NCBI GenBank assembly: GCA_965223705.1
Contig: OZ245015.1
Span: 2,304,001-2,368,000 of the forward strand
Direction of reading: 5' to 3'
From: Myxococcota bacterium
Lineage (GTDB): Bacteria > Myxococcota_A > UBA9160 > UBA6930
Length of the DNA stretch: 64,000 nucleotides
Of this stretch, positions 25,749 to 35,321 are shown in pieces. The notes below the pieces were generated by a model. The model was not told where the DNA came from. It was given only the letters and a program-made list of their open reading frames with translations, and did not search any database. Both the position numbers and the translations under genes were made by a program. The number at the start of each line of letters is the position of its first letter. Position 1 is the stretch's first letter.

Positions 25749-28022
25749 TCAGGCTTTTTCCCGACTCGTTATCCACTGAATCAACGCGTCACCGGGCATC
25801 GCTTTCGCGAACAACCAGCCCTGCAGCTCGGCGCACCCGCGCGCGGACAAGAACTCCTGGTGTGCCTCGGTCTCAACGCCCTCCGCGACCACGGGGACGT
25901 CGAGTGAGTCCGCCATGCCGAGGATGGCGGACACGATGGCGACGTCCTCGGCGTCATCCGGGAGACCGCGGACGAAGCTCCGATCGATTTTGAGGCGACT
26001 GATCGGCATCCGTTTGACAAGCGACAGGGAGGAGTAGCCGGTTCCGAAATCGTCGAGGGCGAATCCGACGCCCAGCCCGGCGAGAGCGCGAATGTGTTCC
26101 CACAACTCTTCCGAGTCGGCCATCAGAACCGTCTCCGTGATCTCGAATTCGATGCTCCGGGTCGCCACCGACGAAGCGGATAAACGGCGGGCAAGCTCAT
26201 GGATAAAGGCGACGTTCTCGAGCTGTTTCGGGGAAATGTTGAGAGACAGCCGGAAATCGGGACCGAGGCGATCGCGGTTTTCCGACAGCCAGGCGAGTGA
26301 GGTTTCGAGAGTGAACTCGCCGACATCCTCGATCAGTCCGGTCCGCTCACAGATCGGGATGAATTCCGCGGGAGAGACGGCCCCGCGTTCTTTGTGAGTC
26401 CAGCGCAGGAGTGCCTCGGCTCCGGTGACGCGACCCGAGACGCCGCACAGGATCGGCTGGAAATGCACTTCGAGCTCGCCCTGGGCGACCGCCCGGTGGA
26501 GATCGGCCTCGAGCGAGATCGGGTCGGGTTCCTGCATGTGCGGCGAGAACCGAAGGAAGCCGGCTTTCCCTCGGGCTTTCGCGGCGTACATCGCGGCGTC
26601 GGCGCTGGTGATCACGCCTTCGATGTCTTCGGCATCGGTCGGATAGATCGCGATCCCGATGCTCGCGCCGACAAAGACCTCTCGTCCGGCGACGTCGAAC
26701 GGTTTCGCGAGTTGTTGGAGGATCCGCTGCGCGACGATCTCGGCATTCTTCGGATCCTCGATCTCGTCCAAGATGACGCTGAACTCATCGCCGCCGAGTC
26801 GCGAGAGTCCGCTCGAATAGCCTCGACAAGCGCTATCGCTGTGCCGGATCGCTCGGCTCAAGCGTCGGGCGACTTCGCACAGCAGCTGATCTCCGCCGGC
26901 ATGGCCCATCCCATCGTTGATGCGCTTGAACCCGTTGAGGTCGATGTAGAGCACCGCACAGACGCGATCGTGCTCTCGACAATTTCCGAGTGTCGACTCG
27001 AGCAGCATCCTGAACGCCCGACGATTCGGCAGCCCCGTGAGCTCGTCGAGCTCTGCGGCGCGGCGTAGCGAGTCCCGGGTGCGGACCCGCGTCGCGGCGT
27101 GGCCGAGCTGCGCCGCGACGGAACGCAACACCCGATCCGCGTCGGCGGCACTGCTGACCTCGGCGAGGAATGAGACGCGTAGCGTCCCGAGGACGTCGTC
27201 GGACCAGGAGATCGGGAATTCGGCTCCGGCAAAGTCCGCCATCCGCGGAGCGTTCGCATCCGGGAACGCAAACAGGATCGGCTCCCCGGGATCGTTCGAG
27301 GAAAGCTCGATCTCAGCGCGCGCGAGGGAGAGGTTCTCCACGATCGCTTTGAGGATCTGCTTTGAAAGGTCCTCGAGGGAAAGGTCGCGACTCGCAATGG
27401 TGCTCAGCTCGAGAAGGAGCGTCGCCGTAGCGCTTTCGGTGCGTTCGATCCGCAGGAGGGTGTCGAGCTCTGCCTCGGTCGCGCGTTGGAGGCGCCCCCA
27501 GGCGAAGCACAGGACTGCGACGACCGAGATCCCCGTGACGGCGTTGGACAGTGCCAGCGCGTCCTCGGCGGGGAGTCCGCACGCGCCTCCGTGTGCCGCG
27601 TATAGGAGGATGGCCGTCGTGCAGCCGAGTACGGCCCAAACCAGGGAGTCGCGAACTCCGACGATCACCGCACCCGCCAGAGGAACCGCCGACAACCAGC
27701 CCAACGCGTTCGAATGGAGTCCCCCCAGCGCGACGATGTTGGCGGCGCACAATCCGAACAAGACTGCGCAACCGAGTCGACCGGCCAGGACATGGTCCTC
27801 GGTTCGATGGAGTACGGCGAGTGCGGCGGCCCAACCGATCAGTGAAAGGCTGTAGGCCAGCGCTGCGGACGGCCCGAGGTACCAACCCCAGGCGATCCCA
27901 AGGGGGATGCACAGGCCCATGGCGAGCCACAGCAGGAGTCTCAACTGTCGAGCGCTGCGTCCCGCACCTCGGGTCTCGACGTAGCGTCTCTGTGTTTCCG
28001 CTTCCATCCTGCGGAGCCACAT
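25749..28022 (-). CDS. Membrane-bound diguanylate cyclase/phosphodiesterase (TM sensor-GGDEF-EAL)
   Basis: N-terminal TM helices, DELTGLPNRR, RLGGDEF, AEALLRW, FEITET, DDFGTGYSSL, LKIDRSF, AEGVET. Confidence 0.92.
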   Translation of the reverse strand: MWLRRMEAETQRRYVETRGAGRSARQLRLLLWLAMGLCIPLGIAWGWYLGPSAALAYSLSLIGWAAALAVLHRTEDHVLAGRLGCAVLFGLCAANIVALGGLHSNALGWLSAVPLAGAVIVGVRDSLVWAVLGCTTAILLYAAHGGACGLPAEDALALSNAVTGISVVAVLCFAWGRLQRATEAELDTLLRIERTESATATLLLELSTIASRDLSLEDLSKQILKAIVENLSLARAEIELSSNDPGEPILFAFPDANAPRMADFAGAEFPISWSDDVLGTLRVSFLAEVSSAADADRVLRSVAAQLGHAATRVRTRDSLRRAAELDELTGLPNRRAFRMLLESTLGNCREHDRVCAVLYIDLNGFKRINDGMGHAGGDQLLCEVARRLSRAIRHSDSACRGYSSGLSRLGGDEFSVILDEIEDPKNAEIVAQRILQQLAKPFDVAGREVFVGASIGIAIYPTDAEDIEGVITSADAAMYAAKARGKAGFLRFSPHMQEPDPISLEADLHRAVAQGELEVHFQPILCGVSGRVTGAEALLRWTHKERGAVSPAEFIPICERTGLIEDVGEFTLETSLAWLSENRDRLGPDFRLSLNISPKQLENVAFIHELARRLSASSVATRSIEFEITETVLMADSEELWEHIRALAGLGVGFALDDFGTGYSSLSLVKRMPISRLKIDRSFVRGLPDDAEDVAIVSAILGMADSLDVPVVAEGVETEAHQEFLSARGCAELQGWLFAKAMPGDALIQWITSREKA

Positions 28023-28063
28023 CGGCAGAACGGAGCTGCGTCTCGATCCGGGAATCGCACTCG

Positions 28064-29701
28064 CTACTGCAGGTAGTTTGCACCTCCGATCCGCCCCGCT
28101 TTAGGGTCGATCCGCACGTGAACGACCGCGACCCGGTCCGCCGCTAGGGCGCGTTCGAGCGCGGGCCGGATGTCTGCGGGCGCTTCGACGTACTCTGCAT
28201 GACCGCCGACCATCTCGGCGATCTTCTCGTAGCGAGCCGGCAGCAGCGCGGCGATCGGCGGAGCGCCCGCGGGCAACATGCGATCTTGGATGCCGTGTCC
28301 CGCGATGCCTTCGTTATTCGCGACCACCAGGACCGGTTTCGCGCCGACCCGCGCGGCGGTCTCGACAACCATCGCGGCGGCACCGAATGCGTAGTCGCCG
28401 AGTACGGCCACGGTCGGTCGATCCGGGTGCGCGAGGCTCGCACCGACCGCATACGGCGCTCCGACGCCCATGCAGCCCGTGGTACCGGCGTTGAGGCGTC
28501 CGCGGTTCACGTAGCTGGGTAGCACCGCGCGGCACACGCCCATGATCGTCTCTCCCTCGGCGACGAGGGTCGCATCGCGCGGCGCCACAGCTCGAACCTC
28601 CGAAACGAGCCGATACGGATTGATCGGGATCGAATCGTCCTGAAGTGCCGTGCGTAGTTTTTCCTCATTTTGCGCGGTCTTTGCGCGGAGCTCCTCGAGC
28701 CAATGCTCAGATTTGGTCCGCAAGCCCTTTCCCTGCATCGCGTCCGCCAGTTCGTCGGCAGTCGCACCGGCGTCCGCGACGACACCGAGGGACAACGGGG
28801 CGCCCGAAGCCATCTCCTCGGCTTCGACGTCGACTTGGATCAATCGGGCTTCCGGGTGGAAGCGGCGTCCGTGGCCGAAGATCCAGTTGAAGCGCCCCCC
28901 GAACATCACGACGACGTCCGCCGCTCCGAGCGCCGCAGACCGCGCGCCCCCGACGAAATTCGGGTGGTCGTCGGGTAGCGTTCCCCGAGCCATGGGCGAG
29001 CACAGGTACGGGATGCCCAGATCGACGATGCGTTGCAGCGACGGTCCCGCGTCGGCCCAGGCCGCCCCCTTCCCTACCACGATGAGCGGACGCTCCGCCG
29101 ACGCCAGCGCTTCCGCGATCTGATCGACGGCGGCGGGCGACGGATAGGCGCGCGTCACGTCCGCGGCGTCGCGATAGCGCGCCTTCGCTTCCGGGATCTC
29201 GGCGGCCACGACGTCGCCGGGGAAGTCGAGGTACACGCCGCCCGGGCGGCCTTCCAGCGCTTTGCAGAGCGCGAGATGGATCCATTCACCGATTCGCTCG
29301 GTTGCGTCGACCCGTCCGACCCACTTGCAACCGGCTTGTGTCAGGGCGACTTGGTCCGCTTCTTGGAAGCCGCCCAGACCCGTCGTTTGACGAAACGCCG
29401 AGCCACCGAGAACCACGAGCGGCATCGCGCTCTGAGTCGCGACGTAAAGCGGGGTGAGCGTGTTCGTCGCGGCGGGCCCGGAACCGACGATCAGCACCCC
29501 GGGGCGTTTCTTTTGGTAGCCCCAAGCGGATGCCATGAAACCGCCGTTCATTTCGTGGCGACAGCCGATGACCTGGAGCCCCTCTTCCTGCGCCCCGGCG
29601 AAGACCTCGATCATGGGTCCGGCCACAACACCGAAGACGGTAGAGATCCCGGCTCGAGCTAATTGTCGGCCGGCCACCTGACCGCCGTGAATGGTTGCCA
29701 T
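28064..29701 (-). CDS. ThDP-dependent enzyme, oxalyl-CoA decarboxylase/2-hydroxyacyl-CoA lyase-like
   Basis: CRHE catalytic Glu, GGFQEADQ, GRPGGVYLDFPGD, RLNAGTTGCMGVG, GDYAFG...NN ThDP motif. Confidence 0.8.
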   Translation of the reverse strand: MATIHGGQVAGRQLARAGISTVFGVVAGPMIEVFAGAQEEGLQVIGCRHEMNGGFMASAWGYQKKRPGVLIVGSGPAATNTLTPLYVATQSAMPLVVLGGSAFRQTTGLGGFQEADQVALTQAGCKWVGRVDATERIGEWIHLALCKALEGRPGGVYLDFPGDVVAAEIPEAKARYRDAADVTRAYPSPAAVDQIAEALASAERPLIVVGKGAAWADAGPSLQRIVDLGIPYLCSPMARGTLPDDHPNFVGGARSAALGAADVVVMFGGRFNWIFGHGRRFHPEARLIQVDVEAEEMASGAPLSLGVVADAGATADELADAMQGKGLRTKSEHWLEELRAKTAQNEEKLRTALQDDSIPINPYRLVSEVRAVAPRDATLVAEGETIMGVCRAVLPSYVNRGRLNAGTTGCMGVGAPYAVGASLAHPDRPTVAVLGDYAFGAAAMVVETAARVGAKPVLVVANNEGIAGHGIQDRMLPAGAPPIAALLPARYEKIAEMVGGHAEYVEAPADIRPALERALAADRVAVVHVRIDPKAGRIGGANYLQ

Positions 29702-29775
29702 ATCGATCCTCCCGGAGGTTTCCGTCCCGCGCGCATTCTCGCAGAAAGTCTGCGCGGACAGGGTACTCTGACGCG

Positions 29776-31278
29776 GTGGAGCTACCTCCGAGCCGGACGT
29801 TCTTGACGCTCCTTCGCGAGGTTGCCGAGCGGGCGCCGACGCGCCCTGCCGTGGTCACGTCGACCGAGCGCGTCTCTTACGGCGATCTCCTCGCGCTGTC
29901 CACCGCCCGGGCGCGCCAATTTGCGGACGACGGACTCGAACGAGGGGACCGGGTCGCGGCCTGGATGACCAACCGGGTCGCGTGGCTCGAGTTGTTGTTC
30001 GCGACGACCGCATGCGGAGCGACCCTCGTGCCCTTCAGCACGTGGTCCACACGCGACGAGTTGCGGTTCCTGTTGAAGGATTCCGCGGTTCGCTGGTGTT
30101 TCGCGCAGAGCGTCCTTGCCGAACGCGATTTCCGGGAGGATCTCGAAAGCCTGCGGGAAGAGACGCCTGCTCTCGAGCGAGTGGTCTTTCTCAGCGAGAT
30201 GTCCGAAGCGCCTCCGCGGGATTTCGTCGATCGAGGACAGCCCGGAGACCCCGCGCTCCTCTTGTACACGTCCGGGTCGAGCGCCCGTCCCAAGGCGGTG
30301 CCGCTACAGCACGGCCCAGCGATCGAAAACGGTTTTCACATCGGCGAGCGCCAAGGGCTTTCCGAGCGCGACGCGGTGCTCGTGCCGGTGCCTTTGTTCT
30401 GGTCCTACGGATGCATCAACGCGTTACCGGCGATCCTGACCCACGGTGCGACCATGGTGCTTCCCTCGGTCTTCGAACCCTCGCAGGCACTCGAGCTGAT
30501 CGAATCCGAGCGCTGCACGGCCATCTACACGTTGCCCGCCATCACGAATGCGCTGATCTCCGCGCCCGCGTTTCGCCCGGAACGCACCGCGAGCCTGCGC
30601 ACGGGGCTGACGATCGGAACGCCAGAAGACATACGGAGAGCGGCGCGCGAGCTGGGCGCGAAGGAGATCTGCAATATCTACGGCAGCACCGAGTGCTACG
30701 GGAATTGCTGCGTCACGCCCCACCATTGGCCGCTCGAGCGCCGCGCCGAGAGCCAGGGCCCGCCGCTCCCCGGGATGGAGCTGCGAATTCGCGAAGCCGA
30801 AGGCGGTGCGATCGAGGTGCGAGGCCGCACGACGACCGGCTACGTCGGGGAAAGCGCTCGGCACAACGCCGAGGTGTTTACCCACGATGGTTTCTTCCGG
30901 ACCGGAGACCTCGGGACCCTCGACGCAGGTGGCAGCCTTACCTTTACCGGACGCAGCCACGAGATGATCAAGCGCTCGGGCATCAACGTGGCGCCCGCGG
31001 ACGTGGAGGAAGCCCTGCTTCGCCATCCCGAGGTCGCCATGGTCGGTGTGACTGGAACCCCCGATCCGCGCTGGGACGAAGCCATCATCGCGTTCGTCGT
31101 GCCGGTTCCCGGCGGGCAGCGGAACCCTAAAGTATTACTTGAGCATTGCCGCGATCTCTTGTCGCGATACAAGTGGCCTGACCACATCGAGCTGTGCGAT
31201 TCCCTGCCGCTCACGGCGACGGGGAAACTCCTGCGGCGCGAGCTCAAGGCGCTGGCCGCGAATCTCCCTCGCGCCTAG
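29776..31278 (+). CDS. Acyl-CoA synthetase (AMP-binding)
   Basis: LYTSGSSARPK, YGSTECYG, FRTGDLG, GRSHEMIKRSGINV, LPLTATGK; start estimated at GTG 29776. Confidence 0.88.
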   Translation: MELPPSRTFLTLLREVAERAPTRPAVVTSTERVSYGDLLALSTARARQFADDGLERGDRVAAWMTNRVAWLELLFATTACGATLVPFSTWSTRDELRFLLKDSAVRWCFAQSVLAERDFREDLESLREETPALERVVFLSEMSEAPPRDFVDRGQPGDPALLLYTSGSSARPKAVPLQHGPAIENGFHIGERQGLSERDAVLVPVPLFWSYGCINALPAILTHGATMVLPSVFEPSQALELIESERCTAIYTLPAITNALISAPAFRPERTASLRTGLTIGTPEDIRRAARELGAKEICNIYGSTECYGNCCVTPHHWPLERRAESQGPPLPGMELRIREAEGGAIEVRGRTTTGYVGESARHNAEVFTHDGFFRTGDLGTLDAGGSLTFTGRSHEMIKRSGINVAPADVEEALLRHPEVAMVGVTGTPDPRWDEAIIAFVVPVPGGQRNPKVLLEHCRDLLSRYKWPDHIELCDSLPLTATGKLLRRELKALAANLPRA

Positions 31279-31314
31279 TGCCCACCCGGTGGTCCATCCG
31301 GCCCTCTGGGGTGC

Positions 31315-32334
31315 CTACAAGGTCGCCCGAAACCCGCCCTTCGCGGTGATCGCTTTGGCTTCGGGGATCACGCGTTTCCCTGTGTGGTCGATTTGCTCGA
31401 GGAGCTCATCGACTTCGCCGCTCGGGCAGTCGAAGAACGCGACGACGTGGGTGTAGCCCGCCGCTGCGAACCGCTCGAGGTCCGCGAGAACCTGTTCCGG
31501 ATGGCCGGAACAAATCGGGCGCCCGTCCTCGGGCAGCGGCCGCTCTGTGACGCGCATGGACGCGAGGGCCAGCATGCTGAACGTCGTCGGGTCGCGACCG
31601 AGTGCGTCGAGTTCGGAACGCACGATGTCCTGCAGGTTTGCGAAGCGGGCGGGATCCGCACCGGGGTCGAGGAAGATCGGATAGAGACCGTCGCAGTACT
31701 TGGCGGCGCGTCGGGCCCCCGCCGGTGCCACGCTACCGAAAATGATCGGCGGCCGTGGCCGCTGCACCGGTTTCGGGTCCATGGAGAGGTTTTCGAACGC
31801 GTAGTGCGCGCCGTCGAACGCGACCACGTCGTCGCAAAAGCAGCGCTTGTAGATCTCGATGCACTCCTCGGTCATCGCGCCGCGATCGCTGTGGGAGAGT
31901 CCGAGGGCCGTGAACTCTTCTTCCATCCAGCCAGCGCCCACGCCGAGGATGAGGCGCCCGTTCGAGAGCACGTCCACGGTGGCGAACTGTCGTGCGTCGT
32001 TGAGCGGTCCTCGATATGGCGCGATGAGGACGCTGGTGCCGAGCTTGAGCCGTGTCGTCGCCGCGGCGACAGCACCCATCAGCACAGCTGCGTCGAGCAT
32101 GTTGTGGCGGCTCTGATAGGCCCGCGTTCGCGAGGCGTTCGCGACGTGTCCGCTGGTCGAGGCCTGGGGCATACAGACATGGTCCGGAAACCACATGGAG
32201 TGGAAACCGGCCGCTTCGGTGCATTGCGCGACTTCGACCGGACGCATGGCCGTCGCGTCGATGTGGTGAGCGAAAAAGTTCTCTCCGTGGCGGTAGCCCA
32301 CCCCGTGACTGGTTGCGTAGATCCCGAGTTCCAT
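31315..32334 (-). CDS. LLM-class oxidoreductase, probably F420-dependent type
   Basis: GFHSMWFPDHV, LKLGTSVLIAPYR, TVDVLSNGRLILGVGAGWMEEEF, PKPVQRPRPPI; F420 dependence inferred from subfamily resemblance. Confidence 0.82.
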   Translation of the reverse strand: MELGIYATSHGVGYRHGENFFAHHIDATAMRPVEVAQCTEAAGFHSMWFPDHVCMPQASTSGHVANASRTRAYQSRHNMLDAAVLMGAVAAATTRLKLGTSVLIAPYRGPLNDARQFATVDVLSNGRLILGVGAGWMEEEFTALGLSHSDRGAMTEECIEIYKRCFCDDVVAFDGAHYAFENLSMDPKPVQRPRPPIIFGSVAPAGARRAAKYCDGLYPIFLDPGADPARFANLQDIVRSELDALGRDPTTFSMLALASMRVTERPLPEDGRPICSGHPEQVLADLERFAAAGYTHVVAFFDCPSGEVDELLEQIDHTGKRVIPEAKAITAKGGFRATL

Positions 32335-32381
32335 CGTGGTCGCCCTTCGTGTACCCCCGACACGACGGTATGATGGGCGCG

Positions 32382-33788
32382 ATGCCTCGATCCGTCGATA
32401 TCGGCGCGAAACGCTATCGCTTTGACGATTTGAGAACGCTGCTCGCGAAGGCGAGCCCCCTGCGCTCGGGCGACCGACTCGCGGGCCTCGCTGCGGAGAC
32501 GCACGAAGAGCGGGTCGCCGCCCGTTTCGCTTTGGCCGATGTACCGCTCGCGGCGTTTCTCGAGGAACCAGTGGTGCCTTACGAAGCCGACGAGGTCACG
32601 CGGCTCATCTTCGACAGCCATGATGCCGAGGCCTTCGCGCCCGTCGCGTCGCAAACCGTGGGAGAGTTCCGCGACTGGCTGCTCTCCGATGCGGCGACGC
32701 CGGAGATTCTCGAGTGTCTCTCCCCGGGGCTGACGCCCGAGATGGTGGCGGCCGTCTCCAAATTGATGCGCAATCAGGATCTCATCGGTGTCGCGCGGAA
32801 GGTTCGCGTCGTCACGGCATTCCGAAACACGATCGGTCTACCGGGCCGGTTGTCCGTCCGCCTTCAACCCAACCACCCGACGGACGATCTCGCTGGAGTG
32901 AGCGCCTCGATCGTCGACGGACTCCTTCTCGGTTGCGGCGACGCGGTCATCGGCGTGAACCCGGCGACCGATAGCCCCACCCGAACGGGGGACTTGCTCC
33001 GTCTGTTGGACGACCTCATCCAACGCTACGCGATTCCTACACAGTCGTGTGTTCTCGCCCATCTGACCACTTCCCTCGAAGTGATGGAGTCGGGGGCGCC
33101 CGTCGACTTGGTGTTCCAGTCCATCGCCGGAACGGAAGCGGCGAACGAAGCCTTCGGCATCTCGCTGGCGCTCCTCCGAGAAGCCCGCGAGGCGGCGTTG
33201 GCCCTCCAGCGCGGGACCGCGGGTGACAACGTCATGTATTTCGAGACGGGACAGGGAAGCGCGCTGTCGGCGCGCGCGCATCACGGGTGTGACCAGCAAA
33301 CGATCGAAGCGCGCGCGTACGCAGTGGCGCGCGAGTTCGCTCCGCTCCTGACGAACACGGTGGTCGGTTTTATCGGCCCGGAATACCTGTACGACGGAAA
33401 ACAGATCCTTCGAGCGGGCCTCGAAGACCACTTCTGCGGGAAGTTGCTCGGCGTTCCGATGGGTTGCGACGTCTGTTACACGAATCACGCCGAAGCGGAT
33501 CAGGATGACATGGATATCCTGCTCACGGCCCTGGGGGTGGCCGGTTGCAACTTCGTCATGGGTGTACCCGGCGCCGACGACGTGATGCTCCACTACCAGA
33601 GCACGAGTTTTCACGACGCGCTCTCCCTGCGATCGATGCTCGGCTTGCGTCCGGCTCCGGAGTTCGAGGTCTGGCTCCACGAGCTAGAGATTCTCGATGG
33701 AGAGGGCCGCGTACGCCCTCGTCTCGCTTCGGGCGCCGCCGCGACTCGACTCCTCGAAGCGGCGGGCGGGCACTCGGATGGCGTCTGA
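32382..33788 (+). CDS. eutB: Ethanolamine ammonia-lyase large subunit
   Basis: LLAKASPLRSGDRLAG, RLQPNHPTDD, QSIAGTE, MYFETGQGSALS, GCDVCYTNH. Confidence 0.95.
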   Translation: MPRSVDIGAKRYRFDDLRTLLAKASPLRSGDRLAGLAAETHEERVAARFALADVPLAAFLEEPVVPYEADEVTRLIFDSHDAEAFAPVASQTVGEFRDWLLSDAATPEILECLSPGLTPEMVAAVSKLMRNQDLIGVARKVRVVTAFRNTIGLPGRLSVRLQPNHPTDDLAGVSASIVDGLLLGCGDAVIGVNPATDSPTRTGDLLRLLDDLIQRYAIPTQSCVLAHLTTSLEVMESGAPVDLVFQSIAGTEAANEAFGISLALLREAREAALALQRGTAGDNVMYFETGQGSALSARAHHGCDQQTIEARAYAVAREFAPLLTNTVVGFIGPEYLYDGKQILRAGLEDHFCGKLLGVPMGCDVCYTNHAEADQDDMDILLTALGVAGCNFVMGVPGADDVMLHYQSTSFHDALSLRSMLGLRPAPEFEVWLHELEILDGEGRVRPRLASGAAATRLLEAAGGHSDGV

Positions 33789-34518
33789 CCCCTGGACGCG
33801 CCTTCAAAGCCTGACACCTGCACGTGTTGGTCTCGGGCGCGTCGGAGACAGCCTCCCGACGCGAGCGCTTCTGGAGTTCGAACTCGCTCACGCGCGCGCC
33901 CGCGACGCGGTCTACGCGGAGCTCGACACCGAGCTGCTCGTCGGCGCGCTAGCGGCCGCGATGCCGGGGCGCGCGAGCCTTGTCGTGCGCAGCCGGGCCG
34001 ACGACCGCAGCACCTATTTGCAGCGCCCCGATCTCGGCGCCTCCCTCCACCCCGAGGACGAATCGAAGCTCGCGCCCGGCGACTTCGACGTGACTTTCGT
34101 TTTGGCCGACGGCCTTTCGGCGACGGCGGTCCATGCGCACGCCGTCGCGACGCTGATGGAAGCGACGCGCTTGCTCGGATCCGTCTCGGTGGCGCCCTGG
34201 GTCGTCGCGTACCAAGCACGGGTCGCGCTGGGCGATCCCATCGGTGCGGCGCTCGCGGCGCGGCTCGTCGTGATGTTGATCGGGGAACGACCGGGGTTGT
34301 CGAGCCCGGACAGTCTCGGCGCTTACTTGACGTTCGATCCGCGGGCAGGTCGAACCGACGCCGAGCGCAATTGTATTTCGAATATCCGCACCGGCGGGCT
34401 TCCGCCTGCGGCCGCGGGGGCTCGGATTGCGGCGCTGGTAACGGAATCACTGCGCCGACGGGTCTCGGGCGTTGCACTCAAAGACCGTTCCGACGCCGCC
34501 CTCGCGATTGACCGCTAG
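33778..34518 (+). CDS. eutC: Ethanolamine ammonia-lyase small subunit
   Basis: TPARVGLGRVG, HARARDAV, YLQRPDLG, ADGLSA, IGERPGLSSPDSLGAYLT, DAERNCISNI. Confidence 0.95.
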   Translation: MASDPWTRLQSLTPARVGLGRVGDSLPTRALLEFELAHARARDAVYAELDTELLVGALAAAMPGRASLVVRSRADDRSTYLQRPDLGASLHPEDESKLAPGDFDVTFVLADGLSATAVHAHAVATLMEATRLLGSVSVAPWVVAYQARVALGDPIGAALAARLVVMLIGERPGLSSPDSLGAYLTFDPRAGRTDAERNCISNIRTGGLPPAAAGARIAALVTESLRRRVSGVALKDRSDAALAIDR

Positions 34519-35315
34519 CTCGGGATGATTCCCCCATCGACGTTTAGCGATTGCCCGGTGATGTTGCGCGCGGCGGGAGACGCGAGAAAAGCGACCATGG
34601 CGGCAATGTCCTCGGGGTCGTTTGCGCGGCGCAGTGGAATGAGCCGCGTCGCCTGGGCTTCGGCTTCCTCTTTCGTGATTCCCTTGTGTTCGGCTTGATA
34701 GTCGATGATCTCGTGGTAGAGGGACGTCCGCACGACCCCGGGACAGACGGCGTTCACGTTGATGTTGTGGCGAGCCAACTGCTGGGCCGCCGTTTTGGTC
34801 AGGCTGATCACCGCCCCTTTGCTCGCGGCGTAGATGGCGTTCGAGGTTCCGATGAAGCCACGCCCGGCGATCGAAGCGATGTTGATGATCACACCGCTTC
34901 GCCGGGGGATCATCACCTTGGCCGCTCGTTGGAGACAGAAGAACACTCCTTTGACGTTCACCCGGTGAATCCGGTCGAAGTCGTCTTCGGTGAGATCCGT
35001 GATGTAGGCCCGACGGGTAATACCGGCGTTGTTGACGAGACAATCGAGCTGTCCGAAATGCTCGAGGGTCGTGCGGATCAGTCGGTCGATCTCCGCGACG
35101 TCCCCGACGTCTGCGGTCACCGGCAGCGCCTGACCGGCACCGCTCTCGCCAATCGACGTAGCCACCGCGCGCGCGGCGTCCGCGTCGATATCGGCGACGA
35201 CCACACGGGCTCCCCCTGCCGCCAGTGCGTGGGCACAGGCGCTCCCGATGCCCTTCCCTCCCCCGGTGACGATGCTGACTCGTCCGGCGGGGTCGACGTC
35301 ATGTTCAGAACTCAT
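34515..35315 (-). CDS. Classical SDR oxidoreductase
   Basis: TGGGKGIG, NNAG, YAASK, NVNAVCPG. Confidence 0.92.
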   Translation of the reverse strand: MSSEHDVDPAGRVSIVTGGGKGIGSACAHALAAGGARVVVADIDADAARAVATSIGESGAGQALPVTADVGDVAEIDRLIRTTLEHFGQLDCLVNNAGITRRAYITDLTEDDFDRIHRVNVKGVFFCLQRAAKVMIPRRSGVIINIASIAGRGFIGTSNAIYAASKGAVISLTKTAAQQLARHNINVNAVCPGVVRTSLYHEIIDYQAEHKGITKEEAEAQATRLIPLRRANDPEDIAAMVAFLASPAARNITGQSLNVDGGIIPS

Positions 35316-35321
35316 CGGTAT

